Positions 1 to 8,370 of a stretch of DNA of 26,074 bases are shown here, piece after piece (within the stretch, counting starts at the first letter, position 1; every line of letters starts with the position of its first letter). The stretch comes from a virus (Duplodnaviria > Caudoviricetes). The stretch spans positions 1-26,074 of IMG/VR virus record IMGVR_UViG_3300009095_000063. One strand, written 5' to 3'. The translations under genes and the position numbers were made by a program. The notes under the pieces are model-generated. The model ran no database searches. It was not told the DNA's origin and worked only from the letters and a program-made list of their open reading frames with translations.

Positions 1-2
1 AT

Positions 3-548
3 TGGGGAGGCTATGGGATTAGCGAACAAGACCGAGAGATTGTACGTGTTTTTAGGCTTCAATTCAGAGATATTGTCAAGGGAATGGGAGAGCTAGGCTT
101 TCCACCAAACCTCGCATATTCCTTCACAGAACGCATGATTGATGTCTTCTCTGATTACATTGTCAGTGTAGATGAGAGGTTTATTGAAATCTCTTGCTCA
201 TATAGAACAATTCTTCAGCTTGTTGGAACAGATATTTGTCGTCATTTCAATGATACGATTTGGATTGACAAAGCTAAGAAAGCAATTGATAATGCACATG
301 CTTTGGGAAAGGATGTAGTGATTACAGACCTACGATTTGATAATGAAGCTCATATGCTCAGTGAAGAATATAATGCTTTCATTGTTGAAGTTAAAAGGGA
401 ATTGTGCTATAATCCCTCCCAGTTACAGAAGCATGATTCTGAGAAAGGATTGTCCACTGAATATGTAGATTATATTATTTACAACACAGGGGCACTTGAG
501 GAATATGAGAGTAAAGTGTTGAATTTGATTGGAGGGGAATATGGCTAA
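3..548 (+). CDS. Deoxynucleoside monophosphate kinase, 5'-truncated by the window edge
   Basis: The frame is open from base 3, upstream of the ORF-track Met at 84. Motifs RTILQLVGTDICR...IWID and VVITDLRFDNEA match T4 gp1/T5 Dnk-like dNMP kinases. Confidence 0.85.
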   Translation, partial: WGGYGISEQDREIVRVFRLQFRDIVKGMGELGFPPNLAYSFTERMIDVFSDYIVSVDERFIEISCSYRTILQLVGTDICRHFNDTIWIDKAKKAIDNAHALGKDVVITDLRFDNEAHMLSEEYNAFIVEVKRELCYNPSQLQKHDSEKGLSTEYVDYIIYNTGALEEYESKVLNLIGGEYG

Positions 549-807
549 GAATTACAAAGACCTTCACATGGAAGTAGCCCTTGATCTGGATAATCTGGCA
601 GATGAGATCGCACGTAAACTAGATCATGGGCAATTGGTAACTTTCATAGGTAGTCTAGTGGAAAGTTATGGAGAGTTGGATTTAGACGAGGCTGTATTCC
701 TCTCTCAATTACGCAATATGATTTCCTTAGTAGAAGGTTGTCCAGAAGAGTATGCTGGGACAAAGTGGGAAATGCTCCCTGCAATGAAAGGTTTGTTAGA
801 TAAATAA
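541..807 (+). CDS. Hypothetical protein
   Basis: ATG at 541 follows a GGAGGGG RBS and is tightly packed in the operon. Confidence 0.75.
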   Translation: MAKNYKDLHMEVALDLDNLADEIARKLDHGQLVTFIGSLVESYGELDLDEAVFLSQLRNMISLVEGCPEEYAGTKWEMLPAMKGLLDK

Positions 808-817
808 GGAGGGAATA

Positions 818-1174
818 ATGCAGATTAATTTTAAAGATATGGTGGCTGCTTTGGTGAAGCCGGGTGAAGATATTGTACAAAGTCTCACTGCTGAGAAAGC
901 TAATGTGTGGCACCTTGCTACAGGAGTATCAGGGGAGGCGGGAGAACTTCTTGATGCAATTAAGAAGCATGTAATCTACAATAAACCTCTAGATCGTGAG
1001 AATGTGATTGAAGAGCTTGGAGATATGATGTTCTATATGGAAGGCTTGATGCAGGCTCTAGGTATTAGTGGTGAAGAGTGTATTGAGGCTAATATTAAAA
1101 AGCTTGGTGTACGCTACGCCCAGGGTTATTCAGATAAGGCAGCCCAACAACGTGCAGATAAGGAGGAAGAATGA
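818..1174 (+). CDS. MazG-like nucleoside triphosphate pyrophosphohydrolase
   Basis: GVSGEAGELLDAIKK...EELGD (ExxE...ExxD) all-alpha NTP-PPase motif; AGGAGG RBS. Confidence 0.88.
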   Translation: MQINFKDMVAALVKPGEDIVQSLTAEKANVWHLATGVSGEAGELLDAIKKHVIYNKPLDRENVIEELGDMMFYMEGLMQALGISGEECIEANIKKLGVRYAQGYSDKAAQQRADKEEE

Positions 1175-1419
1175 GTTATAAAATTACTGTCGTATCAGCA
1201 GCGTGGTGCCCCAATTGTGGGGTGTTGAAGAACAATCTTACACAAGCAAATATCATCTATCGTGTTGTAGACGCTGACACAGAAGAAGGCATGAATTATT
1301 GTACAGAGCATGGTGTCCGTGGTCTTCCAACAACAATCATTACAGATGGAGCTGGTGAAGTTGTTCGTAAAGTGGTAGGATTGCAACCAGTTAAGGTGTT
1401 CCAAGAATATGCAAATTGA
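1171..1419 (+). CDS. Thioredoxin/glutaredoxin-like redoxin, probable RNR electron donor
   Basis: WCPNC CxxC motif and GVRGLPT cis-Pro motif; ATGA overlap with the upstream gene. Confidence 0.88.
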   Translation: MSYKITVVSAAWCPNCGVLKNNLTQANIIYRVVDADTEEGMNYCTEHGVRGLPTTIITDGAGEVVRKVVGLQPVKVFQEYAN

Positions 1420-1702
1420 TCCTAACTCAGTGAGAATCACATTGAATGGTGTAGAGATAAAGGGTTGGGGTTGGCAGTATAAAGCAGATAAAGTGTTTGA
1501 ATACACTAAAGCTCCATACGAACTTGTTGTTAAAGAGAATCTAAAACAGGCTGTTATGAACATGGGAGTTATCCTTGATTGTAAGGATATTCAATTAATT
1601 CCTTCTGCTAAATACAAAGGCTGTTTCAGAATGAGGCCAGCTCTTACAGAAGAGCAAATGAATATGGCGAAGAACTATTTAGATACATATATGGAGGTGT
1701 AA
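1409..1702 (+). CDS. Hypothetical protein
   Basis: Fills the gap between redoxin and thyX on the coding strand with short overlap/abutment. Confidence 0.7.
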   Translation: MQIDPNSVRITLNGVEIKGWGWQYKADKVFEYTKAPYELVVKENLKQAVMNMGVILDCKDIQLIPSAKYKGCFRMRPALTEEQMNMAKNYLDTYMEV

Positions 1703-2563
1703 GTGAGTGTATCAGCTAAAGTAATTTGTGATAGTAAGTACCGTAATACACGATTGATTACGCTGGAAGTGGAGATGCACCGTTTCATCCTTGCTGAGAA
1801 TAACACTCACAAGGCACAGAGTCGTAATGTTCAAAGTAGTCGTGCAATCCCTGTACTACGGCAACTAGAACAGATTGCAAACAACCCTGCAATGCCTGTA
1901 GAGTATCGTAAGAACCAATCGGGGATGGTTGCTGGGGAGTATCTTACAGCAGAGGAAGTGGAGGATTGTAAGAAGGTTATTCTGTGGATGCGAGATTGCT
2001 GCCTTATTGGTGTTAAACAACTTCACCAAATTGGCTTAGCAAAGCAATGGGCAAACCGTTATGTTGAACCTTGGATGTACACTAAGGGTGTGGTAACAGC
2101 AACAGAGCGTGATTGGAAAGCCATGTTTAAGCTTCGACGACACTACGCAGCTCAACCTGAGATTAAAGCCTTGTTTGATGCTATCTATGATGCAGTCAAG
2201 GCTAGCACACCTAACACCCTACTTACGGGACAGTGGCATCTACCTTACTGCGAAGACTTAACTTTAGGTATTCAAGACGCAATCAAGGTGAGTGCAAGCT
2301 GTGTAGCACAAGTATCTTATCGTAAACTAGATGACTCTCTTGACAAAGCTGTTGATGTCTATAATATGCTCAACCTCCCTGAGAACGGTGTATATCCAGA
2401 AGACCCTCCACATTTCAGTCCAACAGAGCACATTGCAAAGGCAGGAGAAGCTTCCCTAACCCTGAGTGGTAACTTCCAGTGCAATGATTTTACACAGTAT
2501 CGTAAAGTGCTGGAGATGGGTTTAGAGAAAGAAGTTATTAACAACTATAAGGAGAACGTATGA
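1703..2563 (+). CDS. thyX: Flavin-dependent thymidylate synthase-like protein (phage ThyX type)
   Basis: EMHRFILAENNTHKAQSRNVQSSRAIP is a variant of the RHRxxSxxxxSxR motif. Also LAKQWANRYVEP and LRRHYAAQPEI. GTG start after GGAGGT. Confidence 0.8.
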   Translation: MSVSAKVICDSKYRNTRLITLEVEMHRFILAENNTHKAQSRNVQSSRAIPVLRQLEQIANNPAMPVEYRKNQSGMVAGEYLTAEEVEDCKKVILWMRDCCLIGVKQLHQIGLAKQWANRYVEPWMYTKGVVTATERDWKAMFKLRRHYAAQPEIKALFDAIYDAVKASTPNTLLTGQWHLPYCEDLTLGIQDAIKVSASCVAQVSYRKLDDSLDKAVDVYNMLNLPENGVYPEDPPHFSPTEHIAKAGEASLTLSGNFQCNDFTQYRKVLEMGLEKEVINNYKENV

Positions 2564-2928
2564 GTACACAATGGTTTAAGAGCTACCAATATCTGTCAGA
2601 AGCAGACCTACAGAAACTATCTTTCTGGACAGAAGACTTCCCTGAAACAAATCCAGAAGCATTTAAAGATATTCTGTTCCAACACGGAGCTGAGGTTTCA
2701 CAAGAGATTGAATGTGTAACAGATACACATCGTATGCGTACAAGTAATCAGACACATACAGGTAAGCGCTGGGTGTTTGTTGAACGTCAAGATCGTGAGT
2801 ATTTGAATAGTGGGATTGCATCTATGGAAGCTTGGATTGCTTCTGCTGACATCTCTACACGAGAAGATATGATGAATATGAGTCGTCGTTACCAACTACC
2901 AAGTAAGAAAGAAAAGGAGAATGAATGA
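2560..2928 (+). CDS. Hypothetical protein
   Basis: AGGAG RBS; ATGA overlaps at both ends. Confidence 0.75.
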   Translation: MSTQWFKSYQYLSEADLQKLSFWTEDFPETNPEAFKDILFQHGAEVSQEIECVTDTHRMRTSNQTHTGKRWVFVERQDREYLNSGIASMEAWIASADISTREDMMNMSRRYQLPSKKEKENE

Positions 2929-4790
2929 AAGGTTCGCACAATGACATGGTGAAAGAGTATCTTGGAGTAGTTATTGATTACAGCAGAGATTCTTTAATTC
3001 CAGAGCAAGGTTTGGTGATGCTGACCGCAAAAGGGTTCTATAAGACTGAGAACGAATCCAGTCCACAGGAGACATTTGCAAGAGCTGCTACTTGTTATAG
3101 CTTTGGTGACTATGAGTTTGCTCAGCGTATTTATGACTACATATCGAAACAACACTTTGTATGCGCAAGCCCTGTACAGACAAATGCTGTTGAGATTAAC
3201 TGGCCTACGTTCTCAGAGGATCAATTTGAAGAGGCTGGAGATTGGTTAGAGGAGAACGTGGAACCAAACGGTATGCCCATTAGTTGCTTCTTGTCCATGA
3301 TTGATGATAGTCGTCCTGGCCTAACCACTGCATCAGCAGAGGCAAAGGAGCTTTCTATGATGGGTGGTGGTGTTGGTGTGTATGCTGGTAATCGTAGTCC
3401 TGACGAGAAGTCTACTGGGGTTATGGCTCACGCTGGGGATTATGACAATATGACTGTGGCTTATCGTCAAACAGCCTCTCGACGTGGATCAATGGCAATG
3501 TATATGGATATCACACACCCCGAACAAGCAATGTTTATGGATATGCGTAACCCAACTAAGGGGGATGAGAACAAGAAGTGCTTTAACTTGAATCATGGCT
3601 TTAACATCCCTGATGAGTTTATGCACGCTGTTATTGCTGGAACAGATTTAGAGTTGGTTGACCCTAAGCATGGCCCTACAGGGCGTAAAGTAAATGCTCG
3701 TGCTGTATGGGAACACCTGATGGAAACTCGTTTTGAAACTGGCGAGCCATACATGCTCTTCATTGACACTGTAAATCGTAATCTACCAAAGCAGATCACT
3801 AAGCCAACATACCGGGTACGTCAGAGTAACCTCTGTAGTGAAATTACTTTGATGACGAGTTTTAGTCGTACTGCTGTTTGTTGCTTGAGTAGTTTGAACT
3901 TAGATAAGTATGATGAATGGAAGGACACTGCTATTGTAGAAGACTTGACAAGATTCTTGGATAATGTCCTTGAATACTTTATTCGTCTAGCACCAACAAC
4001 AATTAGCCGTGCAATTAACTCTGCTACTAAAGAACGGGCTTTGGGGATGGGCACACTTGGTTGGCATAGCTATCTGCAAAAGAACATGATTCCTTTTGAG
4101 TCTGGTGGGTTTAATAGTGCTGTACAACATACACATATGTTGCATTCGGAGATTGAACGTAAGGCAAAGGCTGAAAGTCTACGGCTTGGTTCCCTGAGAG
4201 GAGAAGCACCAGATTGTAGAGGGAGTGGTTTCCGTAATAGTCATTTGATTGCTATTGCCCCTAATGCCTCTTCTGCAAGCTTGGTTGGTGCTAGTCCTAG
4301 TCGTGAGCCATGGGCAAGTAATGCTTTTGTTAGTCAGGGCAGGGCTGGTAGTTTTCTGATTAAGAATAAGTATTTGAAACCAGTGTTAGCTAAGTATGGT
4401 CTGGATAATGATGATGTTTGGGCAAGAATTGTAAAAGAAGAAGGGAGTGTGCAGTGGATTGATGCCCTCAGTGCTTTAGAGAAAGCTGTGTTTGCTACAG
4501 CTCGTGAGATTGATCCTATGTGGATTATTGAACTTGCTTCGGCTGCTCAAGAGCATGTTTGTCAGTCTATCTCTACTAACCTGTTCTTCCCAGCAGTAAC
4601 CACTGCACAACAAATGTCTGATGTACACATCTATGCTTGGCAGAAAAGGTTGAAGAGTTTGTATTATTGTCGTGCTCAAGAGCCTACAAAGGCAGACATT
4701 GGTACTGGTGGAGATATGCCTTTAAATGCAGTGAAAGTTAAGAAACGAATTGAATACGATGCCACTGGATGTATTGCTTGTGAAGGCTAA
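2925..4790 (+). CDS. nrdA: Ribonucleotide reductase class I alpha subunit, short form with no evident ATP cone
   Basis: PISCF, RQSNLCSEI active-site loop, TAVCCLSSLNL, IAPNASS, SLYYCR tyrosine pair and C-terminal CIACEG. Confidence 0.96.
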   Translation: MKGSHNDMVKEYLGVVIDYSRDSLIPEQGLVMLTAKGFYKTENESSPQETFARAATCYSFGDYEFAQRIYDYISKQHFVCASPVQTNAVEINWPTFSEDQFEEAGDWLEENVEPNGMPISCFLSMIDDSRPGLTTASAEAKELSMMGGGVGVYAGNRSPDEKSTGVMAHAGDYDNMTVAYRQTASRRGSMAMYMDITHPEQAMFMDMRNPTKGDENKKCFNLNHGFNIPDEFMHAVIAGTDLELVDPKHGPTGRKVNARAVWEHLMETRFETGEPYMLFIDTVNRNLPKQITKPTYRVRQSNLCSEITLMTSFSRTAVCCLSSLNLDKYDEWKDTAIVEDLTRFLDNVLEYFIRLAPTTISRAINSATKERALGMGTLGWHSYLQKNMIPFESGGFNSAVQHTHMLHSEIERKAKAESLRLGSLRGEAPDCRGSGFRNSHLIAIAPNASSASLVGASPSREPWASNAFVSQGRAGSFLIKNKYLKPVLAKYGLDNDDVWARIVKEEGSVQWIDALSALEKAVFATAREIDPMWIIELASAAQEHVCQSISTNLFFPAVTTAQQMSDVHIYAWQKRLKSLYYCRAQEPTKADIGTGGDMPLNAVKVKKRIEYDATGCIACEG

Positions 4791-4799
4791 GGAGAATAA

Positions 4800-5825
4800 A
4801 TGAGTGTATTTAAAGAGAGTAAAGCGTACAGACCATTCCAATACCCTTGGGCAGTAGAGGCAGCAAAGACTCACTCCATTGGTATGTTCTGGGATGTACA
4901 CCAAGTTGAGCTACAAGATGATCTTCGGCAGTACAATACTGCTGGAGGTCTTGCAACACCAAATGTGAGTCATGAAGTTAATAAGCGTAAGATTGATCTT
5001 ATTCTCCCCCTTTTCACAGAGATGGATAAAACTGTAGCTGGTGGTTATAAGAAAGTAATGCCTTATTTCAAAAACAATGAAATTAGTAACATGCAGTTGA
5101 CCTTTGCTTGCCGTGAAGTTACTCACCAACGAGCCTATGCATTGGCTGGGGAAACATACGGACTGATGGATGCTGACTGGTCTTCATTTCACGGGTATGC
5201 TGAGATGAGGGGGAAGCTTGATTTGATGTCGGATGATCTTACAAAACCTCACTACAGAGATGAGTTAAATGCTACAATCTCTTTGTGTCAAATTCTACTT
5301 GGGGAAGGTATCGGCTTGTTCGCAGCATTTGCTAACCTACTAAACTTTAAGCGGTTTGGGTTGCAAATTGGCTTTAATGATATCAACCAGTGGTCTTTGG
5401 CGGATGAGCAAGAGCACGTAACAAACAACATCCGTACAGTGAAAGAGGCAAGGAAAGAGCTTACAGAGGTCGAGCGGGAGATTCTTAAAGAGGCTGTGTT
5501 TAAACTTGTTCAAGCCTATGTAGACGCAGAGAAGGTTTTCATTGTACTTCTGGACAAGGAAGGGCCGGCTGAAGATATGACCAGTGAGCAGTTAGAAGAC
5601 TACATGAGCTTCCTAGGTGAACTTCGTCTATTCCAGCTTGGCTATCTCACTGCTGAAGAAGTGAGGAAGAACCCCCTACCTTGGATGGAGTGGCTATTGT
5701 CCGGGGAGAAGCATGATAACTTCTTTGAGAAGCGGGTTACTTCTTACAACCACCTTGGTCTTGTTGGTGGAGTGGATTACGGGAAATACAAACCACTGCT
5801 TGACAAGGTATTGTTAACTGGCTAG
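4800..5825 (+). CDS. nrdB: Ribonucleotide reductase class I beta subunit
   Basis: YRPFQYPWA, EVTHQRAY (ExxH plus radical Tyr), EGIGLF, DEQEH and NFFEKRVTSY. Confidence 0.95.
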   Translation: MSVFKESKAYRPFQYPWAVEAAKTHSIGMFWDVHQVELQDDLRQYNTAGGLATPNVSHEVNKRKIDLILPLFTEMDKTVAGGYKKVMPYFKNNEISNMQLTFACREVTHQRAYALAGETYGLMDADWSSFHGYAEMRGKLDLMSDDLTKPHYRDELNATISLCQILLGEGIGLFAAFANLLNFKRFGLQIGFNDINQWSLADEQEHVTNNIRTVKEARKELTEVEREILKEAVFKLVQAYVDAEKVFIVLLDKEGPAEDMTSEQLEDYMSFLGELRLFQLGYLTAEEVRKNPLPWMEWLLSGEKHDNFFEKRVTSYNHLGLVGGVDYGKYKPLLDKVLLTG

Positions 5826-5828
5826 AAT
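5800..5828 (+). promoter_or_regulatory. Sigma70-like promoter overlapping the end of nrdB
   Basis: TTGACA (5800-5805), 17-nt spacer, TAGAAT (5823-5828). Confidence 0.7.
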
Positions 5829-5837
5829 GCATACCAA

Positions 5838-5861
5838 GGGGAGGGAAATCCTCCCCATTTT
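5838..5861 (+). terminator. Hairpin after nrdB: intrinsic terminator or 5' stem-loop
   Basis: GGGGAGG-GAAAT-CCTCCCC followed by ATTTT, a short U-tract. Confidence 0.6.
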
Positions 5862-5873
5862 AAGGAGGGAGAT

Positions 5874-6044
5874 ATGACACTTGTATTTATATTTCTTGGA
5901 GTGATCTTGTTTGTAATGCTGATGGGATTGGGATGTAAATCAGTGCTTGACAAGCTTCAGGAAGTAGAAGAGAATGAACGTAAGCGAAGGGACTCACGTA
6001 TTGAGCCTTCGCTAGACGAGTCTAAAATGAATCAGGAGGGATGA
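5874..6044 (+). CDS. Small single-pass membrane protein, 56 aa, absent from the ORF track
   Basis: AAGGAGG RBS. Translates to MTLVFIFLGVILFVMLMGLGCKSVLDKLQEVEENERKRRDSRIEPSLDESKMNQEG. The stop overlaps the next start (ATGA). Confidence 0.75.
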   Translation: MTLVFIFLGVILFVMLMGLGCKSVLDKLQEVEENERKRRDSRIEPSLDESKMNQEG

Positions 6045-6331
6045 TGATTAATTTAATGATTGGCTTAGGAGCCTTAGTTTTGATTATCCTTGTAAGTATA
6101 GGTGTGTATCATCTAGCCAAGTGGTTGACAAACAAGGCTCCGACTAAGAAGAGTAAAGAAGAAGGCTTCAGCCTAATTGAGCTGATTATTATCATCGCGA
6201 TTATGGGCATCCTAGCTTCGATACTTGTTCCAGCTTATAATGAATGGGAAGCTAAGCAGCCGGTGACGGATGAAGCCACTCAACAAGAATTGCAGCGACA
6301 AGATGTTCGTAATAACGGAAAGATTCTTTAA
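6041..6331 (+). CDS. Type IV prepilin-like protein: class III signal and alpha1-N helix, no globular head, extra N-terminal TM segment
   Basis: KKSKEEG|FSLIELIIIIAIMGILASILVPAY contains G-1, F1, E5, G14, P22 and Y24 as in major pilins; AGGAGG RBS. Confidence 0.85.
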   Translation: MMINLMIGLGALVLIILVSIGVYHLAKWLTNKAPTKKSKEEGFSLIELIIIIAIMGILASILVPAYNEWEAKQPVTDEATQQELQRQDVRNNGKIL

Positions 6332-6350
6332 AACAACAGAGGAGAAACAT

Positions 6351-7205
6351 ATGCAAACTAAAGGTGTTGTAGGTTTGGTTGTACTAGCTATTGTAGCTGT
6401 GCTGGGTCTAAGTGCCGTACTTGGTAGCTTCTATACGGTGGATGATGGTGAGCGAGGTGTAGTTCTCCGTAATGGTAAGTATATTGGTACTGCTGAACCC
6501 GGCTTGAACTGGAAGGCACCATTTATTGATGATGTGCAAACTGTAAGTATTCGTACCTTTACAGTACCATATGCGGGCCTACAAGCTTACAGTAAGGATC
6601 AGCAGACTGCTACTATCCGCACTTCCGTAACTTTCAGTATCCCTGCGGGGAGTGTTGGCGAGCTATACTCTAAGTATGGTAGTGTTGACAACCTAGTAGC
6701 ACGAGAGCTTAACCGTTCTATCCCAGAACAAGTTGAGATTATCTTTGGTAAGTACAACGCTATCACTGCCGTACAGAAACGTGACGTACTGAGTGCTGAC
6801 GTAGCCAAAGCTATCAAGGGTGCAGTGAAAGGCCCACTGCTGATTGAGGGTGTTAAAGTTGAGAACATTGACTTCTCTGGTGCATATGAAACCTCCATTG
6901 AAGACCGTATGAAAGCCGAAGTGAAAGTTGAAACTGAGAAACAGAACCTTGCTAAAGAGCTTGTACTGGCAGAGATTACTGTAGCTAAGGCTCAAGCTCT
7001 TGCAGATTCTACTCTTGCACAAGCTAAGGCAGATGCTGAGTCAATCACTCTCCGTGGTGACGCTGAGGCTAATGCGATTAAGGCTAAAGCAGCAGCTCTT
7101 CGTGACAATCAGAACCTTGTTGAGCTGACTAAAGCTGAACGCTGGGATGGTAAGCTACCAACCACTATGCTCCCGAATGGGGCTGTCCCATTCCTACAGA
7201 AATAA
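6351..7205 (+). CDS. SPFH (Band 7/prohibitin/HflC-like) membrane protein
   Basis: Start reassigned to ATG 6351 after GAGGAG. N-terminal TM, YTVDDGERGVV, PGLNWKAPFID, Ala/Glu-rich coiled coil and ERWDGKLP. Confidence 0.92.
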   Translation: MQTKGVVGLVVLAIVAVLGLSAVLGSFYTVDDGERGVVLRNGKYIGTAEPGLNWKAPFIDDVQTVSIRTFTVPYAGLQAYSKDQQTATIRTSVTFSIPAGSVGELYSKYGSVDNLVARELNRSIPEQVEIIFGKYNAITAVQKRDVLSADVAKAIKGAVKGPLLIEGVKVENIDFSGAYETSIEDRMKAEVKVETEKQNLAKELVLAEITVAKAQALADSTLAQAKADAESITLRGDAEANAIKAKAAALRDNQNLVELTKAERWDGKLPTTMLPNGAVPFLQK

Positions 7206-7208
7206 AGC

Positions 7209-7237
7209 TTTACAAAGACAATATGATGCTGTAATCT
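7209..7237 (+). promoter_or_regulatory. Possible sigma70-like promoter for the small-gene array
   Basis: TTTACA (7209-7214), 17-nt spacer, TAATCT (7232-7237). Confidence 0.45.
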
Positions 7238-7269
7238 AAGCTCCATGCCTTACGGTTGTGGAGCTTTTT
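7238..7269 (+). terminator. Intrinsic terminator after the SPFH gene
   Basis: AAGCTCCA...TGGAGCTT stem followed by a T-run. Confidence 0.7.
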
Positions 7270-7285
7270 CTATGGAGGATATTAA

Positions 7286-7555
7286 ATGAACACAGTGTTT
7301 ATACAGAAGGATGAAGGGTTCGAGATATCTTTTATCTGGTCAGAGGATATTGACACGTTAAAGAATCTATTAACTGCATACCACGAAGATGTTCTTTCTT
7401 TTGGGGAACAAGCTCTTGGTTACTACACTAGAGACTTTGAATCAATATACTCAACTTGCAATGTTGTCTTTGATGAGGTAATTTTAATTGGAAACGATAT
7501 AGAACAGGGAGATGTATTCGTTGGGTATTGTAGGGAGGTGTTAGATGCAAAGTGA
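7286..7555 (+). CDS. Hypothetical protein, paralog group A
   Basis: GGAGG RBS; VFIQKD...FIWSED motif shared with 7545 and 8674. Confidence 0.75.
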   Translation: MNTVFIQKDEGFEISFIWSEDIDTLKNLLTAYHEDVLSFGEQALGYYTRDFESIYSTCNVVFDEVILIGNDIEQGDVFVGYCREVLDAK

Positions 7556-7847
7556 TGTCAAGGTGGTGTATGTGCAAGTAGACCCCAGTCTTGAAAATTA
7601 TCCAGAGGAGAGACATTTTATATACTCTGAAGATAGAGACATGCTTACTAATATCGTGCAAACCTTCAGTAAAGACTGCTTACTATTTGAAGACTTCCCT
7701 GGGCTCAGTACATATAAGACTTGCGAACGGGAAGATATGGTAAACCTGTGTAAGTTAACTTTTGACAAGGTTGTATTCTTAGACAACGAGTTTACCCAGT
7801 GTAGGCATTTCGTTCACTCAGTATTTGATTACGAAGATGAAAACTAA
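7545..7847 (+). CDS. Hypothetical protein, paralog group A
   Basis: GGAGGT RBS; VYVQVD...FIYSED motif. Confidence 0.75.
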   Translation: MQSDVKVVYVQVDPSLENYPEERHFIYSEDRDMLTNIVQTFSKDCLLFEDFPGLSTYKTCEREDMVNLCKLTFDKVVFLDNEFTQCRHFVHSVFDYEDEN

Positions 7848-7866
7848 ACTCATAGAAGGAGGGTGG

Positions 7867-8001
7867 ATGGACTTCCTACAGCAAGTGAGAGCTTCTTCTG
7901 AAAAAGAGTTGACAGAGAGTGAAGTGAAGGCTATGATGAAGCTCTACATTACTGGAACTTCTGTTGAAGAAGCCTTGAAGACATTTAAGGAGGGTAAGTA
8001 G
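7867..8001 (+). CDS. Small hypothetical protein, 44 aa, absent from the ORF track
   Basis: AAGGAGG RBS. Translates to MDFLQQVRASSEKELTESEVKAMMKLYITGTSVEEALKTFKEGK and fills the intergenic gap. Confidence 0.7.
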   Translation: MDFLQQVRASSEKELTESEVKAMMKLYITGTSVEEALKTFKEGK

Positions 8002-8370
8002 GTGGATAATATGAATAGTAAACCCCCAGAGATTTACTTTGCAGAGATGTGCACGGGAGGAATTAGTACGAGGGTTGCGCAAGGTTATATTCCCAGAGGT
8101 TATGAAATGTTCTGTAATTTCATGCTTACCAAATTAAACCATAAAGATGATGACGGTAATACATTCCGTTTAAAACGCCCTGAAGATGGTACAGTCATCC
8201 CAGAAAATACTTTTGTGCTGTGGCAAAACGGACGTGGAAGCCATTATACATTTGAAGAGTTCTTTGAAGATATGCAGATGCTTGGGTATGAGGTGGTCTT
8301 ATTACCAAAAGGAACTAATACCTCTTTGCACGGAGTGGTAGCTTATGTAGAGGAGAATTACAATGAATAG
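8002..8370 (+). CDS. Hypothetical protein, paralog group B
   Basis: YIPRGY...NF...K and EDMQMLGYEVV shared with 8363. Start is GTG 8002 or ATG 8011. Confidence 0.75.
   Translation: MDNMNSKPPEIYFAEMCTGGISTRVAQGYIPRGYEMFCNFMLTKLNHKDDDGNTFRLKRPEDGTVIPENTFVLWQNGRGSHYTFEEFFEDMQMLGYEVVLLPKGTNTSLHGVVAYVEENYNE

Noticed and set aside
2340-2367. TTGACA...TATAAT inside thyX
   Set aside because: The spacer to TATAAT is only 14 nt (16 nt to TAATAT), and TTGACA recurs by chance in Leu-Asp-Lys codons; insufficient support.
2925-5825. Intron or intein in nrdA/nrdB
   Set aside because: Both frames are continuous and of ordinary length with no splicing motifs.
5874-6044. Lipoprotein signal in the 56-aa protein (GLGC)
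   Set aside because: No basic N-region and a poor lipobox; more likely a simple TM anchor.
6270-6350. N-terminal extension of the SPFH ORF
   Set aside because: Overlaps the pilin-like gene; ATG 6351 has a strong RBS and directly precedes the TM helix.
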